From positions 666-64,665 of the forward strand of contig CANQVK010000014.1 of the NCBI GenBank assembly GCA_947627275.1: a DNA stretch of 64,000 bases, given 5' to 3'. A program made the translations under genes and the position numbers. Shown here in pieces: positions 1-7,845 of this stretch. Source of the DNA: an uncultured Ruminococcus sp. GTDB taxonomy: Bacteria; Bacillota; Clostridia; Oscillospirales; Ruminococcaceae. Below the pieces are notes generated by a model, which made no database searches, was not told where the DNA came from, and saw only the letters and a program-made list of their open reading frames with translations. Every line of letters starts with the position of its first letter. The stretch's first letter is position 1.

Positions 1-2
1 TA

Positions 3-1019
3 ACTGCGATAAAAATTCCCGACAGTATAACAAAAATTGGAGATGCAGCTTTTTTCGCTTGTTATGTTTTAAAATCAGTAGAGCTCCCTGACAGTGTTGT
101 TGAAATTGGAGAAGAAGCGTTTGGCTACTGCAAAGAATTAACAAGCGTGAAAATCGGAAGCGGCATTAAGACTATTGATTACGGTGCATTTATATATTGT
201 AAGGCCCTTGCGTCAATTACAATTCCCGACAGCGTTACAAGTATTGAGGCGAATGTTTTCGATCATACAGCATGGTATGACGCTCAGCCGAACGGTTTAT
301 TGTATGTCGGAAATATTTGCTATGAATATAAAGAGGCAATGCCTGATAATACGCAAATTACTATCAAAGAGGGAACAAAGGGGATCGCAGATCAAGCATT
401 TAAAGACTGCGTCGGTTTAACGTCGGTAACTATCCCTGACAGTGTTGAAAATATAGGATACAGTGCATTTTTCGGATGCACCGGCTTAACGTCGGTAACT
501 ATTCCCGAAGAAGTTAAAGTCATTCAGGGACAAGCGTTCAGGAATACAGGATTGAGGACGATAACTCTGCCCAAAAGCGTTGAAAAAATCGGAATGTACG
601 CTTTTTGGGAATGCGGCAGTCTGCGATCTATAACAGTAGAAAATCCAAAGTGTGAATTTGACGACCGAGTATATACCATTCCTGACAGCACGACAGTTTA
701 TGGCTGCATCGGTTCTACGGCTCAGGCTTATGCTAAGAAGTACGGCAAGGATTTTGTGCCTCTGGACGGAGGTTCATATTATTTTGGCGATGTAAACAAC
801 GACGGCAGTATAGATTCAACAGACGCTTCGTTGATACTCAGCGAATACGCTCTCGTTGCAACGACCGGCAAAAGTATTCTTTCGGAGGAGCAGAAGCTTG
901 CCGCTGACGTTAATTTCGATAATATTGTCGATGCAAGCGACGCCTCTTTAATTCTCGGCTACTATTCCTATACGTCAACGGGAGGTACGGAGTCGTTTGA
1001 AACGTTCCTTGCCATATGA
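3..1019 (+). CDS. BspA-type leucine-rich-repeat protein with C-terminal dockerin (5'-partial, runs off window start)
   Basis: Frame is open from position 3 (TAIKIPDSITKIGDAAF...). Repeated LxSVTIPDSVxxIGxxAF units; C-terminal GDVNNDGSIDSTDAS...ADVNFDNIVDASDAS Ca-binding dockerin duplication. Confidence 0.92.
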   Translation, partial: TAIKIPDSITKIGDAAFFACYVLKSVELPDSVVEIGEEAFGYCKELTSVKIGSGIKTIDYGAFIYCKALASITIPDSVTSIEANVFDHTAWYDAQPNGLLYVGNICYEYKEAMPDNTQITIKEGTKGIADQAFKDCVGLTSVTIPDSVENIGYSAFFGCTGLTSVTIPEEVKVIQGQAFRNTGLRTITLPKSVEKIGMYAFWECGSLRSITVENPKCEFDDRVYTIPDSTTVYGCIGSTAQAYAKKYGKDFVPLDGGSYYFGDVNNDGSIDSTDASLILSEYALVATTGKSILSEEQKLAADVNFDNIVDASDASLILGYYSYTSTGGTESFETFLAI

Positions 1020-1042
1020 GAACAGATTATAAAGGTGAGAAT

Positions 1043-1091
1043 AAAAAGTCTGCGTTTCACGTTTTTCGTGATCCGCAGATTTTTATTTTTT
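1043..1091 (+). terminator. Rho-independent terminator after LRR-dockerin gene
   Basis: AAAAAGTCTGCG...CGCAGATTTTT inverted repeat followed by a T-rich tract. Confidence 0.75.
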
Positions 1092-1217
1092 TACAGATCT
1101 AAATTAATTGTGCATAATGGCTGAATTATTATGATTTATTTGTGCAAGTATACGAATTTTTGAAAAGTTTATAATTTTTTCGTCTTTTTTGCCTTTTAAA
1201 ATCACTTGTATATATAA

Positions 1218-1360
1218 GGAATCATAAAGAAATAAGTTATACTCGCCGCTATTGCAAAATGTCCAAAGAATGCTGAACAGAAAATTCGTATGCCAAGGAA
1301 GATGACGCAGACAGATTTTATGTCTGCATTACTGAATATTTTGTAATAGCGGCGAGTGTA
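1218..1360. mobile_element. MITE-like hairpin repeat element, copy A
   Basis: Inverted repeat ACTCGCCGCTATTGCAAAAT (1241-1260) / ATTTTGTAATAGCGGCGAGT (1338-1357); core TATGCCAAGGAAGATGACGCAG; near-copy at 4222-4342; left end matches the terminal repeat of 46629-46740. Confidence 0.6.
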
Positions 1361-1385
1361 TAGTAATCCATGAATGGAGGATGTT

Positions 1386-2489
1386 ATGAAAAAAGAAATT
1401 ATTACAATAATGTCTGCTTTTATTTGTTTTTCTTCTTTTTCCTGCAACGACAAAGATGTTTCATCAAATAAAAACGAGATCGCATTTGCATTTTTAGGTG
1501 GGAGTTGCTATGGTAACGGCATGATACATAGCAGCGATCCAGTGAGATATATAGATTTTAATACTATGGAAAGCAGCGTTCTATGCGCCAAACCGAATTG
1601 TGAACATAAAACATCGGAGTGTGTTGCAAAGCTTGTCGGAGACTGCCCCATTATGTATAATGACTATTTGTATTACTTCACTTCAACTCAAGGCGTTGAA
1701 GAAACAGGAAATGGAAAGCGCGAATACAAGATAAACTCAAAGCTGTGCAGGGTATCTCTTGATTCGTCGGAATCCGAGGATATTGCATATTTCACCGATT
1801 GTAAACCTCGCGACTATGACGGCTGGATGATTATAAATAATACTGTTTGGTTTATCGGAGATAATATGAATCCGACTCCTGACGAATATGGAAATATAGC
1901 GACAAGTAATCAGGGCGGAGAACATTACATTTGCAGTATTGATCTGGAAAGCAAGGAGTACGTTAACTATGGCAGCGTATATGACGGCGATAAGGAATAT
2001 GAGGAAGCCTCATGTACAAGCAGCGCTCAGATAAGAGGATATTATAATTCTAAAATTATGATTCGATATGAGTTCGCAAAAAGCTCTGAAACAAGAGGTC
2101 AGGATTTCAGGCGGAGATTTACGGAGTTAATGTTTGAATTTGATCCACAAACAAAAGAATTAAAAGAAAGCGATCTTCAAATGCCTTCTTATGTTGATGA
2201 GGATACATATGTGTATACGGATTTTGACCAAAACAAGACATATGTTATAGATAATTCAAAAACATATGAAGTAACATGTGATACAGGTCTTGATTCTTTT
2301 GCTGTAAACAATAAACTGTTTGTTTCTGATGAAGATAAATGGTATGATCTGACAGACTTGTCTGAGCATAGCATGGGCGAATATGCAGATTATGGCGTTG
2401 TTGCATTTTATGATAACTCTTATATTTTAAGTGATGGTAATATGAAATTCGTCAAACTCATCGAAGAAGAACTTCTTGCGCTAAAATAA
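1386..2489 (+). CDS. Lipoprotein paralog L1 (CxxPNCxH motif, probable beta-propeller-like)
   Basis: GGAGG RBS at 1376-1380, MKK start, lipobox SFSC, LCAKPNCEHKTSEC, ICSIDL..EY.NYGSVY, C-terminal KLIEEELLALK. Confidence 0.85.
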   Translation: MKKEIITIMSAFICFSSFSCNDKDVSSNKNEIAFAFLGGSCYGNGMIHSSDPVRYIDFNTMESSVLCAKPNCEHKTSECVAKLVGDCPIMYNDYLYYFTSTQGVEETGNGKREYKINSKLCRVSLDSSESEDIAYFTDCKPRDYDGWMIINNTVWFIGDNMNPTPDEYGNIATSNQGGEHYICSIDLESKEYVNYGSVYDGDKEYEEASCTSSAQIRGYYNSKIMIRYEFAKSSETRGQDFRRRFTELMFEFDPQTKELKESDLQMPSYVDEDTYVYTDFDQNKTYVIDNSKTYEVTCDTGLDSFAVNNKLFVSDEDKWYDLTDLSEHSMGEYADYGVVAFYDNSYILSDGNMKFVKLIEEELLALK

Positions 2490-2517
2490 TAAAAATTGAT
2501 ATATTTTTCTATACCTA

Positions 2518-2546
2518 TTGACAATATAACAAATATATGGTATAAT
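2518..2546 (+). promoter_or_regulatory. sigmaA promoter for small secreted gene S1
   Basis: TTGACA-17 nt-TATAAT, exact consensus. Confidence 0.85.
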
Positions 2547-2612
2547 AAAATTTATGAGAAACACGACTTAGGTTAGTTGAATTATAACGCTTAAAAAGCG
2601 GCGGCTTCCGTT

Positions 2613-2939
2613 ATGGCTGTAGCTTCTCTCGCTTCCGTAATGGTCGGCATGAGCTCAAGCGCTTATTACACATCTCGTCCTTTTGGGCATGGCTCAACTG
2701 CTTACAACGCAACATCTATAAACAATGTCTACGCTTCGATGAATACGACTTTGGAAAAAACATACATAAAGGTAGGAGTCACGAAACTGAATGATTATGA
2801 CGTAAACGAATACTTTTCCGGCTCTGTTACGGATCATGTAGAGACAACTGCGTATGAATTAGGCATAAACAAGTCAACTTCTTACCACCAAGAGGGTAAA
2901 CTCGGTTACACTTACACTAATATCACTATGAACGCATAA
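2613..2939 (+). CDS. Small secreted-type protein S1 (signal-peptide n-region lost)
   Basis: MAVASLASVMVGMSSSA hydrophobic/cleavage segment nearly identical to S3; upstream codons homologous to S3 TFKKVVASV are frame-broken; no strong SD. Confidence 0.7.
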   Translation: MAVASLASVMVGMSSSAYYTSRPFGHGSTAYNATSINNVYASMNTTLEKTYIKVGVTKLNDYDVNEYFSGSVTDHVETTAYELGINKSTSYHQEGKLGYTYTNITMNA

Positions 2940-2951
2940 AAAATTATATTG

Positions 2952-3013
2952 TTGACTGGCTGCTGATGATCTGCGGCAACAGAACATGTAAGGGCATCAG
3001 CGGCTGTCAGCAA
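2952..3013 (+). terminator. Stem-loop between S1 and L2
   Basis: GCTGCTGATG / CATCAGCGGC inverted repeat extended by TGAC/GTCA. Confidence 0.55.
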
Positions 3014-3046
3014 TTTTAATTTATAGTATTGCAAAGAGGGGATATA

Positions 3047-4203
3047 ATGAAAAGAAACATATTTATTTTGTCAGTTCTTTTTTTATTTTTGCCATTAGTA
3101 TCATGTGAGGGTAAAAAAGAAAATCCAACTAATGAGTTTAATAATGAAATTATATATATATAGAAAGGTTGAATAACAATTATGGTGACGGCAAAATAAT
3201 AGGCTCATCTCATAAATTATCTGAGAATTATCTTAAATATTTAAAATATCAGGATATGAGTACTGCACCTTTTTGTTCTAAACCAAACTGCACTCATAAA
3301 ACAGATGACTGTTTGGCAAAAGCAGTAGGAAATTGTCCGATACTCACAAAAAACGGCGTATTTTTTTTCAGTGATAAATATGGAGTGGAAGAGAAAAAAG
3401 ATGGAAAAAGAGAATTTGAAATTGATTCCAAATTGTGCAGAGCATCTTTGGATTCTTCTGAAATCGAAACAGTCGCCGAATTTACAGACTGTGTTCCGCG
3501 TGAATATGACGGCTGTATGGTAATAGACGGCGTTTTGTGGTTTACCGGTGATGATATGAATCCCATTACCAATGAATATGGGGCTATTATATCGTCAAAC
3601 GTGGGCGGAACTCATTATTTATGCAGTATTGATCTTAAAACAGGCGAATATACAAATTACGGAAGTGTATATAACGGCGAGAATTACGACAAATCAAGTC
3701 ATGCGTCCATTGTTGGATATTACAACTCAAATCTGTTGATTAATTATGAATACGCAGCATCGCCGGATTATGAAGACCCAAGTGCGCCGTGGTTTGGTTT
3801 GAGCGATTTAATGTTTGAATTTGATCCGAAAACAAAAGAAATGAAGGTTTCCGATATTCCGTCAAGACCGATTTTCTTTGATTTGGAGTCGGAAACATTG
3901 GCTTACTGTGAATATGACGCCAACAAGATAATTGTATTGGCAGATAACAAGAGATATGAACTTAATATGGATATTGCTAAGATTGATGGCGGTATCGCCA
4001 ACTATGCTCCTGTTTATAATAATAAAATCATTATGCTTGGCAGCGGAAAGTGGTATGATATAACAGATCAATCAGAACATTATCTAGGTGAATATGCCGG
4101 TTGGGATTTTGAAGATTACTATGACGGTTGTTACATTTTATCCAACCCAAGAAGAACCAAATACGTCAAACTTACTGAAGAAGAACTTCTTGCGCTAAAA
4201 TAA
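3047..4203 (+). pseudogene. Lipoprotein paralog L2, frameshifted at a (TA)6 tract (possibly phase variable)
   Basis: ATG 3047 gives MKRNIFILSVLFLFLPLVSC (lipobox) and stops at TAG 3161-3163. Removing one TA from 3151-3162 joins it to ORF 3169-4203 (FCSKPNCTHKTDDC; KLTEEELLALK). Confidence 0.85.
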
Positions 4204-4221
4204 TAAAATTCGATAGATATA

Positions 4222-4342
4222 CTAGACGCTATTGAAAAATGCCCAAAGGATGCAGAACAGAAAATCCGTATGTCAAGGAAGATGACGCAGACAGACGGAT
4301 TTTATGTCTGCCTTACTGGATATTTTTCAATAGCGGCGAGTG
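4222..4342. mobile_element. MITE-like hairpin repeat element, copy B (left-truncated copy of A)
   Basis: CGCTATTGAAAAAT / ATTTTTCAATAGCG inverted repeat; core TATGTCAAGGAAGATGACGCAG; colinear with 1241-1360. Confidence 0.6.
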
Positions 4343-4383
4343 TAACATACGATAAAAACGATAATCAAAATTCAGGAGATTTT

Positions 4384-5541
4384 ATGAAAAATAAAATATT
4401 ATTTGCAACTGTTATAGTGGCATTTTTGACGTCAGGATGCGGCGGCAATGATGTAACTTCAAAAGGTAATATTCAGTCGGATAGCGATTTTACTTCTACT
4501 CATTCAGACGACAGCGTTCATAATTGCATTGATGCTCAATATATAGATTCAGGGGAAAATATATATGATAATGGCATGATCTATGGAAGTGACGCTCCCA
4601 AAACCTATTTGGATTTTGAAACAATGGAAAAGACTGTTTTATGCGCATTGCCTAATTGCAATCACTCCACATCTGAATGTATTGCTGCAAAAATTGGCAG
4701 AACTCCTATTATCTTTAATGACTATATTTATTATTTTGATGTTAAAGATGGTGTAAAAGAAAATTCGGATGGCAGAGAATTTTACATAGATTCTCAACTT
4801 AAGAGAGTTTCACTGACAAATTCTGAAATTGAAGACATAGTTCAATTTACAGATTGTGAACCCAGAGAATACGGTGGATGCGTTATTCTTGACGGAATTC
4901 TTTATTTTTGCGGCGATGACATGAATCCTACCAAGGACGAATATGGCGGAATATCTTATGCTAATGGAGGCGGTACTCATTTTTTATGTAGTATTGATCT
5001 TAATACGGGTGAATATGTTAATTATGGAAGTATTTACGATGAAGATAAGCAATATGAAAGCTCGGCTCAGACGAGTACTGCCCATGTAATCGGTTATTAT
5101 AATTCCAAGATTTATATCCAATATAGTTTTATGAAGGAATATATTGACGATCCGAACATTGAAACTCGTGAAAAATTCACGATCCTTAATTTTGAATTTG
5201 ACCCTTTAACAGGAAATTTGTCGCAAAGCGAACTTCTGTCGGGTTCGTTTATGAATGGAAATACCTATGTTTGCAGTAATTATCCTGACAATTCATCAAC
5301 TGTTATAGATGGCGATCAGAAATATACAATCAATGGAGCGGACGCAAAATTTGTTGGGAAATATTTCGACAAAAAGCTATTTGTTTACGATCGTTGGTAT
5401 GATGTTACAGATAAATCGTTGCATTTGCTTGGAGAAGATCGAAAATTTGTAACTATGTATGAGAATTTCTATATTATATCCAACCAATCAGGAACTAGAT
5501 ATGAAAAACTCACCGAAGAAGAACTTCTTGCACTAAAATAA
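4384..5541 (+). CDS. Lipoprotein paralog L3
   Basis: CAGGAG RBS then MKNKILF...LTSGC lipobox; LCALPNCNHSTSEC; KLTEEELLALK. The ORF-track start at 4270 lies inside the repeat element. Confidence 0.85.
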   Translation: MKNKILFATVIVAFLTSGCGGNDVTSKGNIQSDSDFTSTHSDDSVHNCIDAQYIDSGENIYDNGMIYGSDAPKTYLDFETMEKTVLCALPNCNHSTSECIAAKIGRTPIIFNDYIYYFDVKDGVKENSDGREFYIDSQLKRVSLTNSEIEDIVQFTDCEPREYGGCVILDGILYFCGDDMNPTKDEYGGISYANGGGTHFLCSIDLNTGEYVNYGSIYDEDKQYESSAQTSTAHVIGYYNSKIYIQYSFMKEYIDDPNIETREKFTILNFEFDPLTGNLSQSELLSGSFMNGNTYVCSNYPDNSSTVIDGDQKYTINGADAKFVGKYFDKKLFVYDRWYDVTDKSLHLLGEDRKFVTMYENFYIISNQSGTRYEKLTEEELLALK

Positions 5542-5569
5542 TAAAAATTTATATATTTTTCTATATCTA

Positions 5570-5598
5570 TTGACAATATAGAAAATATATGGTATAAT
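5570..5598 (+). promoter_or_regulatory. sigmaA promoter for S2
   Basis: TTGACA-17 nt-TATAAT. Confidence 0.85.
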
Positions 5599-5663
5599 AA
5601 AATTTATGAGGAAACGACTTAGGTTAGCTGAATTATAACGCTTAAAAAGCGGCAGCTTCCGTT

Positions 5664-5996
5664 ATGGCTATTTCAACACTTGTTGTAAGCACAGTTGGAG
5701 TTAACACGAATGCTTATTGGGCAACTGTGTCTTTTGCTAATGATTATGCAACAGCATATAATGCAACAAGTTATAATTCTGTATATGCTTACACTGATTC
5801 AAGTGTTTCAAATACTACAAGAACGGTTTATATTGCAAATGTGAATTATAATGTCAATCCATTGCGTTCTCCTTACTTTAAATCAAGTACTAATGGTAGG
5901 GTTGTAGCCAATTATACTGGCTCAGGATTTAACACCTCTAAAACGGATCATTCTTTAGCAGGCTACGGTAGCCATTCAATTTATATGAATGCTTAA
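5664..5996 (+). CDS. Small secreted-type protein S2 (n-region lost)
   Basis: MAISTLVVSTVGVNTNA signal remnant; shares TAYNATS.N.VYA and C-terminal MNA with S1; same damaged 5' region as S1. Confidence 0.7.
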   Translation: MAISTLVVSTVGVNTNAYWATVSFANDYATAYNATSYNSVYAYTDSSVSNTTRTVYIANVNYNVNPLRSPYFKSSTNGRVVANYTGSGFNTSKTDHSLAGYGSHSIYMNA

Positions 5997-6006
5997 ACGA
6001 AATAAT

Positions 6007-6039
6007 AAGGCTGTTGTTATAAATTGATGCAACAGCCTT
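6007..6039 (+). terminator. Stem-loop between S2 and L4
   Basis: AAGGCTGTTG / CAACAGCCTT perfect 10-bp stem. Confidence 0.65.
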
Positions 6040-6065
6040 TGTTCGTATGAAAGGAAAAGATTATA

Positions 6066-7202
6066 ATGAAAAAAATTGCTTATTATGCAATTGCCATGTT
6101 ATTTGCTTTATCATCATGTAACAGTAAGAATGAAACAAAAAACATTTTAATTGAAAGTAATGATAACATATTCGTTGCAGAGTATGCTGATAATTATAAA
6201 AACGGACGAATTATTGGCGGCAACTCTGAAGGAAACACCGATGCACCGTCAATGTATGTAGATTACAATACTATGGAGAAAACAATTCTTTGTTCTAAAC
6301 CAAATTGTACTCATAAAAATAGCGAGTGTCCGGCAAAGGTTATTGGAACTGCTCCAATACTTACAGAAAATAATATATGTTTTTTTGATTGCAGTTATGG
6401 TGTTGTAGAAAAAAAGAGTGGAAAGAGAGAATTGGAAATAAATTCTAAATTATGTAAATTATCTTTAGATACATCTGAAATAGAGACAATTGTTGAATTT
6501 AATGATTGCGTGCCGGATAATTCAAGAGGCTTTGTTCTTAACGATAATAAAATATATTTTACCGGAGACGATCTTGATCCAACATCGGATGAATACGGAG
6601 GAATTTTTTATTCCAATATAGGCGGAACTCATTATTTATGTAGTATTGATCTTAAAACAGGCGAATATACAAATTACGGAAGTATTTATGACGATGACAA
6701 AAAATTTGAAGGAGCAAAAAGTTCCAGCTCGGCAAGAATATTGGGGATATATGATTCTAAGCTGATTATAAATTATGAATTTAGCAAAACGAACGATGAT
6801 GCGGTCTATGGAAATTTTACTGAACTTGTATTTGAGTTTGATTTTGATTCCAATCAATGGACACTAAGCGATATTCCAAATATGCCAATTTTTGTTGATT
6901 ATGATACTATAGTCTATTATGATAATGATATAGATAGATGTATTATAATTGATAATGGAGAACGTACGGAACTTGATACTGGTAAAGTTACTCTTGCTTC
7001 AATTCAAAATAATAAGCTTTTTATTCGTGATGATTTGAATAATTTTGCTTTAAAATGGTATGACCTTTCGGATATGTCAAAGCATCATGTAAAAGGATAT
7101 GATGGCTATATGCCAGTAAGTATTTACAATGATAGCTACATTCTTACAAGAGGTAATAATACAGCTAAACTCACCGAAGAAGAACTTCTTGCACTAGAAT
7201 AA
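6066..7202 (+). CDS. Lipoprotein paralog L4
   Basis: MKK...ALSSC lipobox; LCSKPNCTHKNSEC; KLTEEELLALE. Confidence 0.85.
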   Translation: MKKIAYYAIAMLFALSSCNSKNETKNILIESNDNIFVAEYADNYKNGRIIGGNSEGNTDAPSMYVDYNTMEKTILCSKPNCTHKNSECPAKVIGTAPILTENNICFFDCSYGVVEKKSGKRELEINSKLCKLSLDTSEIETIVEFNDCVPDNSRGFVLNDNKIYFTGDDLDPTSDEYGGIFYSNIGGTHYLCSIDLKTGEYTNYGSIYDDDKKFEGAKSSSSARILGIYDSKLIINYEFSKTNDDAVYGNFTELVFEFDFDSNQWTLSDIPNMPIFVDYDTIVYYDNDIDRCIIIDNGERTELDTGKVTLASIQNNKLFIRDDLNNFALKWYDLSDMSKHHVKGYDGYMPVSIYNDSYILTRGNNTAKLTEEELLALE

Positions 7203-7230
7203 TAAAAATTGATATATTTTTTTATACCTA

Positions 7231-7259
7231 TTGACAAATTGGAAATAATATGTTATAAT
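7231..7259 (+). promoter_or_regulatory. sigmaA promoter for S3-L5-ABC unit
   Basis: TTGACA-17 nt-TATAAT. Confidence 0.85.
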
Positions 7260-7431
7260 GACATTGACGATAAAAAATATCATAACTCAAACTAATTAAA
7301 TTACAATAATAAGGTTAATTCAAAATTAATTTGTGGTCAGTTTTATTGTATATGGTAGGCTGAACTCAACATTATTTTAAAGGGCATAACATACGATAAA
7401 AACGATAATCAAAATTCAGGAGGTAGTTAAT

Positions 7432-7779
7432 ATGAAAAAAACTTTTAAAAAAGTGGTAGCTTCCGTTATGGCTGTAGCTTCTCTCGCTTCTGTTGTGGTC
7501 GGCATGAGCGCAAGCGCGGCAACTGGATACACTTCAAATCTTTCTGGTGGAACAGGCTCTTTGAGCGTTTCAGACGGTTTTGTATATGCTTCGACAACTT
7601 CAAGTAAAGCACAGTATTTGTACGTTGGAATAACAAGAACCACTCCCGAGGGAAATACTGATAGTGATGGCGGAAAAGGCAGAACCAGTGCTAGTGCAAC
7701 AGTATATGGTGACTATTCTCACGCATGGTCTTTTCATCAGACAGAAACAGGCAGCGATACTTTATCAGTAGGAAGATAA
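7432..7779 (+). CDS. Small secreted protein S3 with intact Sec signal peptide
   Basis: GGAGG RBS; MKKTFKKVVASVMAVASLASVVVGMSASA signal; Ser/Thr/Gly-rich ~86-aa mature part. Confidence 0.85.
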   Translation: MKKTFKKVVASVMAVASLASVVVGMSASAATGYTSNLSGGTGSLSVSDGFVYASTTSSKAQYLYVGITRTTPEGNTDSDGGKGRTSASATVYGDYSHAWSFHQTETGSDTLSVGR

Positions 7780-7790
7780 AATGAACTTAA

Positions 7791-7823
7791 GTGAAACCAT
7801 ACGAGCAATTCGTATGGTTTCGC
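7791..7823 (+). terminator. Stem-loop between S3 and L5
   Basis: GAAACCATACGA / TCGTATGGTTTC perfect stem. Confidence 0.65.
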
Positions 7824-7845
7824 AATATTTATAAGGGGCGTTTAA

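Noticed and set aside
4270-4383. ORF-track N-terminal extension of L3 (MSRKMTQTDG...)
   Set aside because: It lies inside repeat copy B; the SD and lipoprotein signal start at 4384.
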